Virus record (IMG/VR): IMGVR_UViG_3300023202_000247
Location: 1-64,000 of that record
Reading direction: 5' to 3' (one strand)
DNA length: 64,000 bases
Below the pieces are notes generated by a model. The model saw nothing but the letters and a program-made list of their open reading frames with translations, searched no databases and was not told the origin of the DNA. Position 1 is the stretch's first letter. The number at the start of each line of letters is the position of its first letter. Positions 41,917 through 51,446 of this stretch are shown here, piece after piece. A program made the translations under genes and the position numbers.

Positions 41917-43921
41917 GACTTCATCGTTGCCTACGCGAATTTACACATATGGCATCGTAAGTATGGATACAGATAGTCATAGCATCATCATGGAGCAGTT
42001 GTTCGAAGGCAACAAAGTTCGTAATCAACTTGTTGCTCTCGAGCGTGAGCGACGCGCAAAGTTTCGCACGCTTCGCTCCGAGGTTGCTCCGCAGCTCGCT
42101 GTTCTCGAGATGGAAAAAGACGGTATCGTATCCCTATACGATGATGCACTTGTCCAGTTGAAGAAGCTCAAGCGTACTGAGCGTGATGGTTCGGCAGAGC
42201 TTGATGTTTTGAATGGTGTGAAAAAGAAACTAGCCATAGTCAAAGAACGTCTGAAGAAGATGCGGCAAGAGGTTGATGACGAGCACTTCAAGCCTGGTAA
42301 AATCGCTTTCAAGAAAGAGTACAAGAAAAGGGTTGAAGATTACAAGGCTCAAGATGAAAACGGTAACTGCGGGCCACATATCCAAGCACGTATCAAAAAA
42401 GAATTGCGTGAAGAGTTTCGTGCCGATTGCAAGTACTCTAGTTGGTTGAAGAGTGACGAGATTCAGGAGTGGTTCGAGTCAGAGTTCAAGCGCATCAAGA
42501 ATGAGAGTCCTTGTTACCCTGGTACCAAGGCTGCTGTATCTGATGCAGCTATGAAGTCATTTAGTGACTCTATGGTTGATCCAGCATTCAAACCTTTTGA
42601 TGGTGGTCGAGTCGAGCGTCAGCTGTTAGAGGCGGTAAAAGGAAAGTATATTGCTGCCATTCCAGAACGAATCATGTCTGGAGAGCTACGTAACATTTGC
42701 ATCACGCCGGTAATGCCAAAACTCAGCAATGGTGGAGAATATCAGGCAAAAATCAGATTGGCCAATGATGTTTACGTAACTGTAAACTTCATCATGCATC
42801 GACCATTGCCTCAAGACTCGTCCGCAAAGTTTGTTCGCGTTCTCGCAAAACGAGTTGGAAATCATTTCAAGTTCGAGTTACAATTTGTAATCGAGTTTGA
42901 TTTGCCCGATCGTCAAACTACTGATAGCTTGATTGCTCTCGACATTGGTTGGCGAGTGCTAGATGATGGTAGTTTCTTGGTTGCTACGTCATGGGATGGT
43001 AAAGAAACGAAACAGTTGAAGTTGCCATCCGAACTTGCAAGTATCAACGCACGATGTGTAGAGCTTCTTGGTTATGCTGATAAGCATCTTGATAATATCA
43101 AGGTGTTTGCTGGTGAACACAAGGAAGACATTGCCAAGGTAATTGGTGATCGTATGGATCTTTCACACATTCACAAGTGGCGCTCGTCAAAAAAGATGCG
43201 CAAACTAACAAACATCTTTGTGCAAGATGTACTTGATGAGCGTGTCCATGAACTATGGAGGTCTTGGAAAAAGCATCGTGGGTTCAACAAAACTAAGGGT
43301 CAAACTTGGTCTCAGTGGAGGGCTTTGCGAAAGACACCACCAAAGGATCTGTATGATAAGCCAGACATCATCTTTGCGTGGGCATCTAGCCTTGATTTGA
43401 GTAATGATGAGTGCATTGCTGTGTGTTTGGAATGGTGGCGTCGTAAGGATATTCACCTGACTGACTATGCACGGAATACTCAGCATCGTTTGTTCTTGCG
43501 TCGTCGCGAAATCTTCCGAGTTTTTGCAAGTCAGATTGCTAAAAAGTATGATACTTTGGTAATTGCAAAGCTCAATCGCTCCAAGCTAGCAGAAAAGCCC
43601 AAGGCGGATAAGGACCGACGTACCAAGCATGACGAGAACACAAATAGTGTGCGTCAGTTTGTTGGGCCTTCCATTCTAGTACAAGCATGTAAGGAAGCGT
43701 TCCGAGGCTCCGTTGTGGAGCTTTCTGGCGTGAAGAATCTTCATCACAACTGTGGAGGCAAGCCTAAGACTGAACACAAGATTCAAAATGTCTTGTGTGG
43801 TAAGTGTGAAAAAATGTTTAACCATGATTTGAATTACGCAAAGGTATTGTATCATCGCGGTAGCGAGCGGTCCGGTGGTGCCGCAGGTACCGGCAGCGCT
43901 CGTAAAAGTGCAAGTGCGTGA
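41906..43921 (+). CDS. cas12m: Type V CRISPR effector, Cas12m (V-M, formerly V-U1)-like, probably DNase-inactive
   Basis: RIYTYG N-terminus, MHRPLP, RuvC-I LDIGWR, RuvC-II position LVIAKLN without an acidic residue, CGKC zinc ribbon, RuvC-III HDLNYA; immediately followed by leader and repeats. Confidence 0.8.
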   Translation: MKRKTSSLPTRIYTYGIVSMDTDSHSIIMEQLFEGNKVRNQLVALERERRAKFRTLRSEVAPQLAVLEMEKDGIVSLYDDALVQLKKLKRTERDGSAELDVLNGVKKKLAIVKERLKKMRQEVDDEHFKPGKIAFKKEYKKRVEDYKAQDENGNCGPHIQARIKKELREEFRADCKYSSWLKSDEIQEWFESEFKRIKNESPCYPGTKAAVSDAAMKSFSDSMVDPAFKPFDGGRVERQLLEAVKGKYIAAIPERIMSGELRNICITPVMPKLSNGGEYQAKIRLANDVYVTVNFIMHRPLPQDSSAKFVRVLAKRVGNHFKFELQFVIEFDLPDRQTTDSLIALDIGWRVLDDGSFLVATSWDGKETKQLKLPSELASINARCVELLGYADKHLDNIKVFAGEHKEDIAKVIGDRMDLSHIHKWRSSKKMRKLTNIFVQDVLDERVHELWRSWKKHRGFNKTKGQTWSQWRALRKTPPKDLYDKPDIIFAWASSLDLSNDECIAVCLEWWRRKDIHLTDYARNTQHRLFLRRREIFRVFASQIAKKYDTLVIAKLNRSKLAEKPKADKDRRTKHDENTNSVRQFVGPSILVQACKEAFRGSVVELSGVKNLHHNCGGKPKTEHKIQNVLCGKCEKMFNHDLNYAKVLYHRGSERSGGAAGTGSARKSASA

Positions 43922-44039
43922 TTTCATTGCTAAAGATGTAGAATGAGAAAATAATTTTGCAAGTTGTTATAATAATAATTTGCAACCTCTTGCAAAACAA
44001 CCCGTAACCATTTGAAATCATTGATGATTTCAAATGGGG
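43899..44039 (+). promoter_or_regulatory. CRISPR leader copy 1 with an extended -10 promoter (TGTTATAAT, 43965-43973) and a 14-bp palindrome
   Basis: CCATTTGAAATCAT-TG-ATGATTTCAAATGG directly before repeat 1; duplicated at 44526-44686. Confidence 0.8.
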
Positions 44040-44183
44040 GTAACAAAGGATGCTACGCTCCTTAAAGTTGTAGACGATTGGTTGGGAGTGGAGTCGCTAC
44101 GTCGAGCCAGGTAACAAAGGATGCTACGCTCCTTAAAGTCACAGACAAACTCAAAGAATGCTGTGCTCCTAAAAGTCACAGAC
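44040..44183 (+). CRISPR. Mini-array 1: type A repeat, 35-nt spacer, A/B hybrid repeat (44111-44146), type B repeat (44148-44183)
   Basis: Direct inspection. Confidence 0.9.
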
Positions 44184-44213
44184 AAAAGAATAACGAAACG
44201 GAAAGAGTAAAGA

Positions 44214-44519
44214 ATGAAGAAGAGTAACGAAACGAATTTTTCATCAGCATATTTCCACATTTACAATGGTGGAATGTCAATTTCTATCGTCAAAATATCT
44301 GAAGGTGATACCTTAGAATTTAGATTGAGAATTGCAAACTCAATTTTCGGAGCAGCGTTTAGTCATGAATTTCCGTTGCCTCCACCAAAGGGGTTGCGTT
44401 GGATTGCAAAATCCTTTGAAAGTTTGGCTGATTATATAGAGAAAGAATCAGCCAATGGTCATAACAGTATTTCTCCATTTGAGACCATCCAGATAAATGG
44501 TAGCGAATCTAAGCTTTAA
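44214..44519 (+). CDS. Hypothetical protein, 101 aa, embedded in the CRISPR locus
   Basis: ATG 30 nt after a type B repeat; stop just before leader copy 2. Confidence 0.7.
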   Translation: MKKSNETNFSSAYFHIYNGGMSISIVKISEGDTLEFRLRIANSIFGAAFSHEFPLPPPKGLRWIAKSFESLADYIEKESANGHNSISPFETIQINGSESKL

Positions 44520-44525
44520 AGGACT

Positions 44526-44686
44526 CTCGCAAAAGTGCAAGTGCGTGATTTCATTGCAATCGGAGACAGCATGCCCCTAAAGATGTAGACTGAAAAAATA
44601 ATTTTGCAAGTTGTTATAATAATAATCTGCAACCACTCGCAAAACAACCCGTAACCATTTGAAATCATTGATGATTTCAAATGGGG
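44526..44686 (+). promoter_or_regulatory. CRISPR leader copy 2
   Basis: Near-identical to leader 1 with a 20-nt insertion; TGTTATAAT at 44612-44620. Confidence 0.8.
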
Positions 44687-45377
44687 GTAACAAAGGATGC
44701 TACGCTCCTTAAAGTTGTAGACGACGATAGCCGCTGCAGTGTGCACTGAATACGCAAGTAACAAAGGATGCTACGCTCCTTAAAGTTGTAGACAAATCGC
44801 CCGGCCAGACAGGGAGCTGGCGAAGTTGGTCGAGCCGGTGTAACAAAGGATGCTACCCTCCTTAAAGTTGTAGACTATTCTTACAATGTGCATCTGAGCA
44901 TTATTTACAAGTAACAAAGGATGCTACGCTCCTTAAAGTTGTAGATTAGGACTGATTGTGGTGAAGCAGAAAGAAGGTAACAAAGGATGCTACGCTCCTT
45001 AAAGTTGTAGACTAGACAGCTCGCCGAGCGATCCGAAGTTGGTCGAGCCGGTGTAACAAAGGATGCTACCCTCCTTAAAGTTGTAGACTATTCTTACAAT
45101 GTGCATCTGAGCATTATTTACAAGTAACAAAGGATGCTACGCTCCTTAAAGTTGTAGATTAGGACTGATTGTGGTGAAGCAGAAAGAAGGTAACAAAGGA
45201 TGCTACGCTCCTTAAAGTTGTAGACTAGACCGCGGCACCGCGTGTGACGCTCCTCATGTAATAAAGGATGCTACGCTCCTTAAAGTTGTAGACAGGGGAC
45301 GAGCCGTGAGCGGCTCGTAATAAAGGATGTAGACAGCCACAGCCATAGCCAATGGATGCCACGCTCCTTAAAGTTGT
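44687..45377 (+). CRISPR. Main array, repeat GTAACAAAGGATGCTACGCTCCTTAAAGTTGTAGAC
   Basis: Full repeats at 44687, 44758, 44840, 44911, 44977, 45053, 45124, 45190, 45258; degenerate repeats at 45317 and about 45354; spacers 23-46 nt. Confidence 0.97.
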
Positions 45378-45566
45378 TGTAAAAATGTACCTGGGGTGCG
45401 CCTATATAAAGTAACAGTAATAAAATGTCACCAAAACCATGGACCATTGAAGGTATAATAATTTCTGCAAGGAATGATTTGGCTTTAGGTAAGACACCAA
45501 GTGGTGGGCCACTTACAATCATAGCCGCAAGCATACTTGCCAAACAATATAGTCCACGAAAGCAAG

Positions 45567-46016
45567 AGTATGGAAGCAACGGAAAGCAACGATTCGCTGT
45601 ATACATTCCAGCAAAAAACAAATGATGTAGATGCCAACCCGCGAGCCGCCCGAGCTTTCGTCTCGAGACTGGCGCGTGACGATGAAATGGCGTATGATTG
45701 GCTTGTGAAAGGTGAGGTGGGTACCTCCTCGCCTCGTGAACGTTTCATAGCAATTGTAGCGATGGCACGTCAGGACCAAGGGTTTGACGAAGAGTACTCA
45801 GAGGTTGAGCTTCATCATGACATTCTGTCTGAAGGTATTGACTTATTCTCGCTGATCCCTGTGCTTGCAATCAGATACATCATGTATCTGCTGGACAATC
45901 CTGATATGTTAGAGTTCTACAGACGGATTGATGATTTCAAGCTAAAAGCATTCTCATTGCATGTCAAACGTAATGGAATCAAACCATGTCAAGCGGGCCT
46001 TATCGTCGTAGGTTAA
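45567..46016 (+). CDS. Hypothetical protein
   Basis: ORF track (in-frame ATG after a GAG-containing RBS-like motif). Confidence 0.65.
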   Translation, partial: SMEATESNDSLYTFQQKTNDVDANPRAARAFVSRLARDDEMAYDWLVKGEVGTSSPRERFIAIVAMARQDQGFDEEYSEVELHHDILSEGIDLFSLIPVLAIRYIMYLLDNPDMLEFYRRIDDFKLKAFSLHVKRNGIKPCQAGLIVVG

Positions 46017-46447
46017 GGTCCCAAAAGCATCAGGGTAGTGTTGTTTTTATCGCAATGGATGGCTTACATGTGATTGAGAGCTTCTTTGGAGGTATAAGAT
46101 AAATGCAGAAAATCATAGGCAAAGTGTTGTTCGTTGGCAAACCCGGTTACATTCTATCATTTGTGACAATCTCACTGATGTGTTACATGTCATATGTAGC
46201 TGGTAAAATTGTCAGGGTGACAAATGAGCAAGTATCGTAGAAGTGCAGAACCTCCGGATATCCGCAAGTGATGAGCAATTTCAAGTATAAAGTCACCAAA
46301 GTTGGTGATCAATGCTTTGTTAAATATCTTTTCCTTTTGCGCGGCACATGGGTGAGCATGGGTGGGTGCATATGTGCCGAAGCAGAAATTGAAAAACGAC
46401 TCCAGCGTTTCGTCGAAGATGTAATAGATGCAGCTAATGGATAAAAA

Positions 46448-47152
46448 ATGACCTCTACAGTAGATATTCCCCAGACCGTTCTCGATAAGATTCAAGGTCT
46501 CCTCAACATGACGGAGGCCAATGGTTGCTCGGAAGCAGAGGCGGCCAATGCTGCGGCAGCTGCCAGCGCTTTGATGCTCAAGCATCGTATTGAGCGAGCT
46601 GAACTTGATAAAGATGAAAAACCCGAGTTAATTGAGGTTATCATTGATTTTGGGTTCAAGCGAACAACCAGTTGGAAGTTTCATTTGCTTGGTCAGATTG
46701 CGAGGTTAAACGGTTGTTTTATTGTTTTTGATTCTCAAAGGCTTGGAAATAGTGGAGCTTACTCTGCTTATGGTCGAAGTGAAAACATCGTAATTGTGCG
46801 ATGGTTGTACAAATATCTCGTTGAGAACATCGAAAGGCTTGCTAAAGAGCAAAAGCCTGGTGGCATGAGTCGTGGCGAGGGCAAACGTTGGAACAATAGT
46901 TTCAAGCTTGGAGCCAGTGATCGTATCTCCAATCGATTGCAAGAAGAGCATGACCGAGAAAAGCAGCGTAATGTTAGTGAGACCGCGCTCGTAAAAGTTG
47001 AATCTGAGTTTGATGAAGCAAAGTATTTTGCCACACAACTTTGTGGTAAACTTACCTTTACTAACAAAACACACTGTGTTGATATGAATGCTTATGAAAA
47101 GGGTCAACAGGCAGGAAACAAGGTTTCCCTAAACAAACCACTGCAATCATGA
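46448..47152 (+). CDS. DUF2786-domain protein
   Basis: LDKIQGLLNMTEANGCSEAEAANAAAAASALMLKH N-terminus; NSFKLGASDRI. Confidence 0.8.
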   Translation: MTSTVDIPQTVLDKIQGLLNMTEANGCSEAEAANAAAAASALMLKHRIERAELDKDEKPELIEVIIDFGFKRTTSWKFHLLGQIARLNGCFIVFDSQRLGNSGAYSAYGRSENIVIVRWLYKYLVENIERLAKEQKPGGMSRGEGKRWNNSFKLGASDRISNRLQEEHDREKQRNVSETALVKVESEFDEAKYFATQLCGKLTFTNKTHCVDMNAYEKGQQAGNKVSLNKPLQS

Positions 47153-50100
47153 GATACGAATACAAAACAACTATTAATTATACTTATCATCTTGAAACAA
47201 TGATAACACCTGTTAAACCAAATGATGAAAGTAATTGGGAGTGTGTAAATGTTAGCATTTCCCGTTCAGGTGTATTTGTTTACTTAGCGTGGCTCTGGCG
47301 CAGACGTATCGACGAATCAACGAGTCCTTATCGTAGTAGCGGTGGTCAGTTTGATGATGATTCCTGTGAACAATTCGGGGATAAATAAAGCATGATGAAT
47401 AACAAAGAAAAGGAGATGATGCGTATCCTTGATGCAATCGCATTGCACGTGGCAGCCATGGAGGATACACAAACAATTAAACCTGAAGACGCAGAGTTTT
47501 TGAAAAACTTTGTTACTGAGGGTTTAAGTCTACTGGGTGTTGACTTAGAACTTAGAGTTTTAGCTGAAATTGCTAAGCAACACACAACTACAACACCAGA
47601 AGATATTCAACAGAGAATGAAAGAGGCAGCTGAAATCGTTGCCAAAGCTCGAAAAAACCCGGTGATAAGGTATAGGATGACTTTCAGGGAAGCTGTTCAA
47701 AATCGTGACGCAGTCAACTGCGGACGATATGTAGATGTATTTCGTAGCAACGGTATGAAATACGATGATGTATTCAAGCGTGTACAAGCGATTGACCCAA
47801 CAGTTACTCTTGCTGAGTGGGAAACGCTAATGGATGAAGCTGACAATGAAAAAGAATAGTACTGACAAGCCCGTGCCCAATGCTCGTCCGATGGTAATTG
47901 GAGAGCACAGGTTTTGGTTCGAGATTGGTAAGCGTAAGCTCAATGTGTGGGAACCAGATGGCGAGCGTACTGCTTTCAATCTCAGCGAGGTAGTTGAGCG
48001 TAGTCAATATGATATTGATGAAGGTCGCTACGATGGTACTGATGATGGTATGATCAAGCCATCTGATGTGTCTAAGTTTATCCGCAAGATGTATGCAGGT
48101 AAGTACAAGATGCCTGCTGAGAAAAAGAAGAGTGGGGAGTTTGTCCTCGAGGTTGACTGGGCAAAAGTGTGGGATACCAAGCGCAAGGCTGAAATTCTCG
48201 AGAAAAATCCTGGCACATCTATGTTCAAGATTAACATCATCACCAGTATTGAGATTTATTTGCAAGTATGTGGATGGGAGAATGTTAGGTGTAATGGTCT
48301 CGGAAGCTTGTGGAAGCATCCAAAGCTCAGCAATGAACACAGTTGGCAAACTGCGTTCTTCGTTGCTATAACTGATGACAAAGAAATTCCGCTAGTGTAA
48401 ATATGCTGAAAATTCAAGGTAGTTTATTGGGTGAGCAAATTATTACGGAGCAGGGGTGGGGCCGTAAAAACTTGTACCCAGAAATCAAGCATAAGAATAA
48501 AGCTGGTGATAAATGCGTGGTGCGCATCAAAGGGCAACAGGCATGGATTGACAAAAGGCTTCAGTTCTCACCAACTATGTACTATCTCATGACGCTCGAA
48601 TCTGATGGTGGATATCCTCCGAAGGTTGTGCTCGAAGAAATCGAGCGCAAAAAATCAGGGCGACACTGGCGTCAGGTATTCAACGAGATGAAAGCGAAAT
48701 GTGATGAGCAATAATATCCTAGCAATGCCAGAAGCTACGGAGTTTTCGGATCTATTCAAGTATGCAACGTTAGAGGAGTTGCCTCCAATCATGTGGGGTC
48801 ACAGACGCAACGTTAAGTTTGGACGCATCTGTGAGGTTAACATTGCTGGTTGTGCTCGGAGCATGTATGTATCACCCAACGATGCGCTACTCGAAACACT
48901 AAAGCGAAATGTGTTTGCCATTTATGACGAAACCTATTTTCGTATCGTAAATGAAAACAAAATCAGTGGTCGACGCAGTGTCAAAACCAACAAAGCTTAC
49001 GTTGTTTGCTCGTACCGAAAGATGATTAAGCATGTGCGATTGGCACGCATTGACATATCGAGTGTGCCTCATCCAAAAATCGGTGGTAAATGAGTAACAG
49101 TCCGTATCGAAGAGACCCACGGCCAATCGAGCCAAAGGTTGGTTGGTTCAGCCGAATCTTTCGGGCGATAAGGAAATATGAGATGAGCAACAACCTTGCA
49201 AATACTTTACAATTTACAGTGGCAGCAATAGTATTTACATTTTCATTTTGCTTTATCGTCTTTCACGTACAAAATTGTTTGGTTTCCAAAGGGGAGCGAG
49301 GTTGTGTTTCCAAGGCTTACGATATAGAACAGTATCGTAAAAATTATTATACACTAGAGTGTAAGCACTCACAACAAAAGATTATCTCCAAAGAAATTAA
49401 CGGAGTAAAATACTTAGTTTGTGAATGTCAAGATATGAAAGGAGATGCCGGTGTCCAAGAAAAGCAAGACGAGCAAGTTCCTTGAGGATACTTCTGCATT
49501 CATTGCCAAAATGTTGGATAACGAGTCCTTTTTGCATGACTACGCAGAAAAGCGTACCAATGCTACCGAGCCGTTAACTGATGTCAAGCATAGTCCATTC
49601 AAGACTGGTGTGGAGGTTGCGGCAGATATGGGTGACCCGCAGTGGAGTAAGCGATGATTGTAACAGTTGAAGTTACCGACCGTGCCATTGCATCTACGCT
49701 AGTTACGGCCTTCGAAACTGGGAGCTGGTGTGAGCCTGGAAAGGTTCATGATCATGTTGGTGAAAACAATCCAGCTTTCAAAGGATTTCCATGGTATGCT
49801 GCTTGGCCAGTTGCTGTGGTCTTTTTGAACGAGGATGATTTCTCGGAAAAAGAATTTCTTCTAAATGAGGTCAAGATTCGACATGGGCTCAAATTGATGC
49901 TCGAAAAGAGTCCCAGCCATTTTGCTGACGTTGCCATGGGCGATGCGGATGTTGACGTTGCAGATTTGTTTTTGCAGTACTGTGTCTTTGAAGAAGAGAA
50001 GTACGCTTGAGCGTTTTCATAAATCATTGTAATGACGGCTCCCATCTTTGGATATGTTTTACCAACAGAATGTTGGCGGACGAGTATATGTCCAAACGTG

Positions 50101-51434
50101 GGGGCGCATACACCATACGGGAGGGTGTGGGGTTTGATCCTAAATGGATTGAAACCGAAAAGAAACTACGAAGGAGTTGCTAATGGCATCTGCTGATATT
50201 ATCAGGTTTCCCGACAAGCCAAGTAAAAAGCTCAGCGCTATCGATATGATGTCGCTAGCTCAAGAAATCGTCGAGCATGTGTTTGACGACTCAACGTTGG
50301 TTGAGCATCATGATGGCGATGGTGATCCGACGATTTACATCGATACATATACATGTGTCTATTGCAATGGTGATACATATTACGCTGCATCTACTGACCC
50401 TGATGGTTACTTCACCAAAGACGATGAAGCATTTGATAGTTTCAATGACGCCATGCGGGCTGCGCTCGTGTTGGTTGTTCAGAAACGCTTTGCTGAATAC
50501 CTAGAAGAGTTTCCGTGAAATATGTTGGCTCATGGGGAATCGTTGCGCCTGTTGATGATATATGCAATATCTTCTTTAAAAGAAAGAAGGATGGTGCCTA
50601 TGTATATGTGTACACAGGTAAGAAGTCCATGAGCTATGAGTTTTTCTTTAGTGTCGAGCCTGGGACGATGCTCATGTCTGTGCGTGATGTGCTAGACACA
50701 TCTACGGTCAATGAGTTGTTGTCCATAACGAACAACATGTTGCGCGAAGAATTCGTCAACAAAAAGTTGCGTCCCAGGTTCGTCATGAATATATCAGCCG
50801 AAGAATGGTTGAGCAAAGATTCACAGGGCATTATGCTCGGGTTGAAAGCTCTGGGTATTGATGCTGTAGTTGAACGCGAAGTGTTTGAGTCACAACAGCA
50901 AGGCTATGAGATATCCAGGGCGGATTTGTTTGGGGAATTGAGTAAATGGAACATTTAACTTCAAAGTTGATGGCCAATTGTTTACCAGAACCCGATCATA
51001 GTGATCGATAAGGTATAAAAATGGAACGTTTAAGCGAAGAAGATGCTGATAAGCGTTTGAAGTTTGATTCCGACCTTGTAAAGTATCGTTCGGAACTAGA
51101 AGACGCAGTTGAAACATATAACAATGCTTGTAAGGAAGCGCGAAAGACCCTTGTAAAAGAAATTTCTCGTTATAATCAAGTCGTCAATGATGCAAACTCT
51201 TTCATTGAAGACCAGCATGATGCTATGAAAGCATACTATCACAATCAAAGTGCTTCTTGGAAAGAATCTGATGAAGGAGATGAGTATTTTGATTGGATGG
51301 CTCAGTGGAACGTGAGTCTACAAGATTGTTTAGAACCAGATGAACGATATGAGTTGGGCATTGATGATATTCTTGATGCTTTTGATGGCGAAGAACACAT
51401 CATGTCAAACCTAGACGACAGCCCTGGCTATTAA
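47149..51434 (+). other. Run of about 12 hypothetical genes
   Basis: ORF track and overlaps; 48704-49093 resembles 13461-13829. Confidence 0.65.
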
Positions 51435-51446
51435 ATAAGGTACAAA

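Noticed and set aside
43921-44039. tracrRNA/anti-repeat in the leader
   Set aside because: The repeat-like TAAAGATGTAGA is in the same orientation as the repeats and no complementary anti-repeat was seen
44953-44964. 12-nt match (TGATTGTGGTGA) of a spacer to HREDGPA genes at 27384 and 28707, and an 11-nt match of another spacer end
   Set aside because: Short, outside the repeat-proximal seed, and plausible by chance
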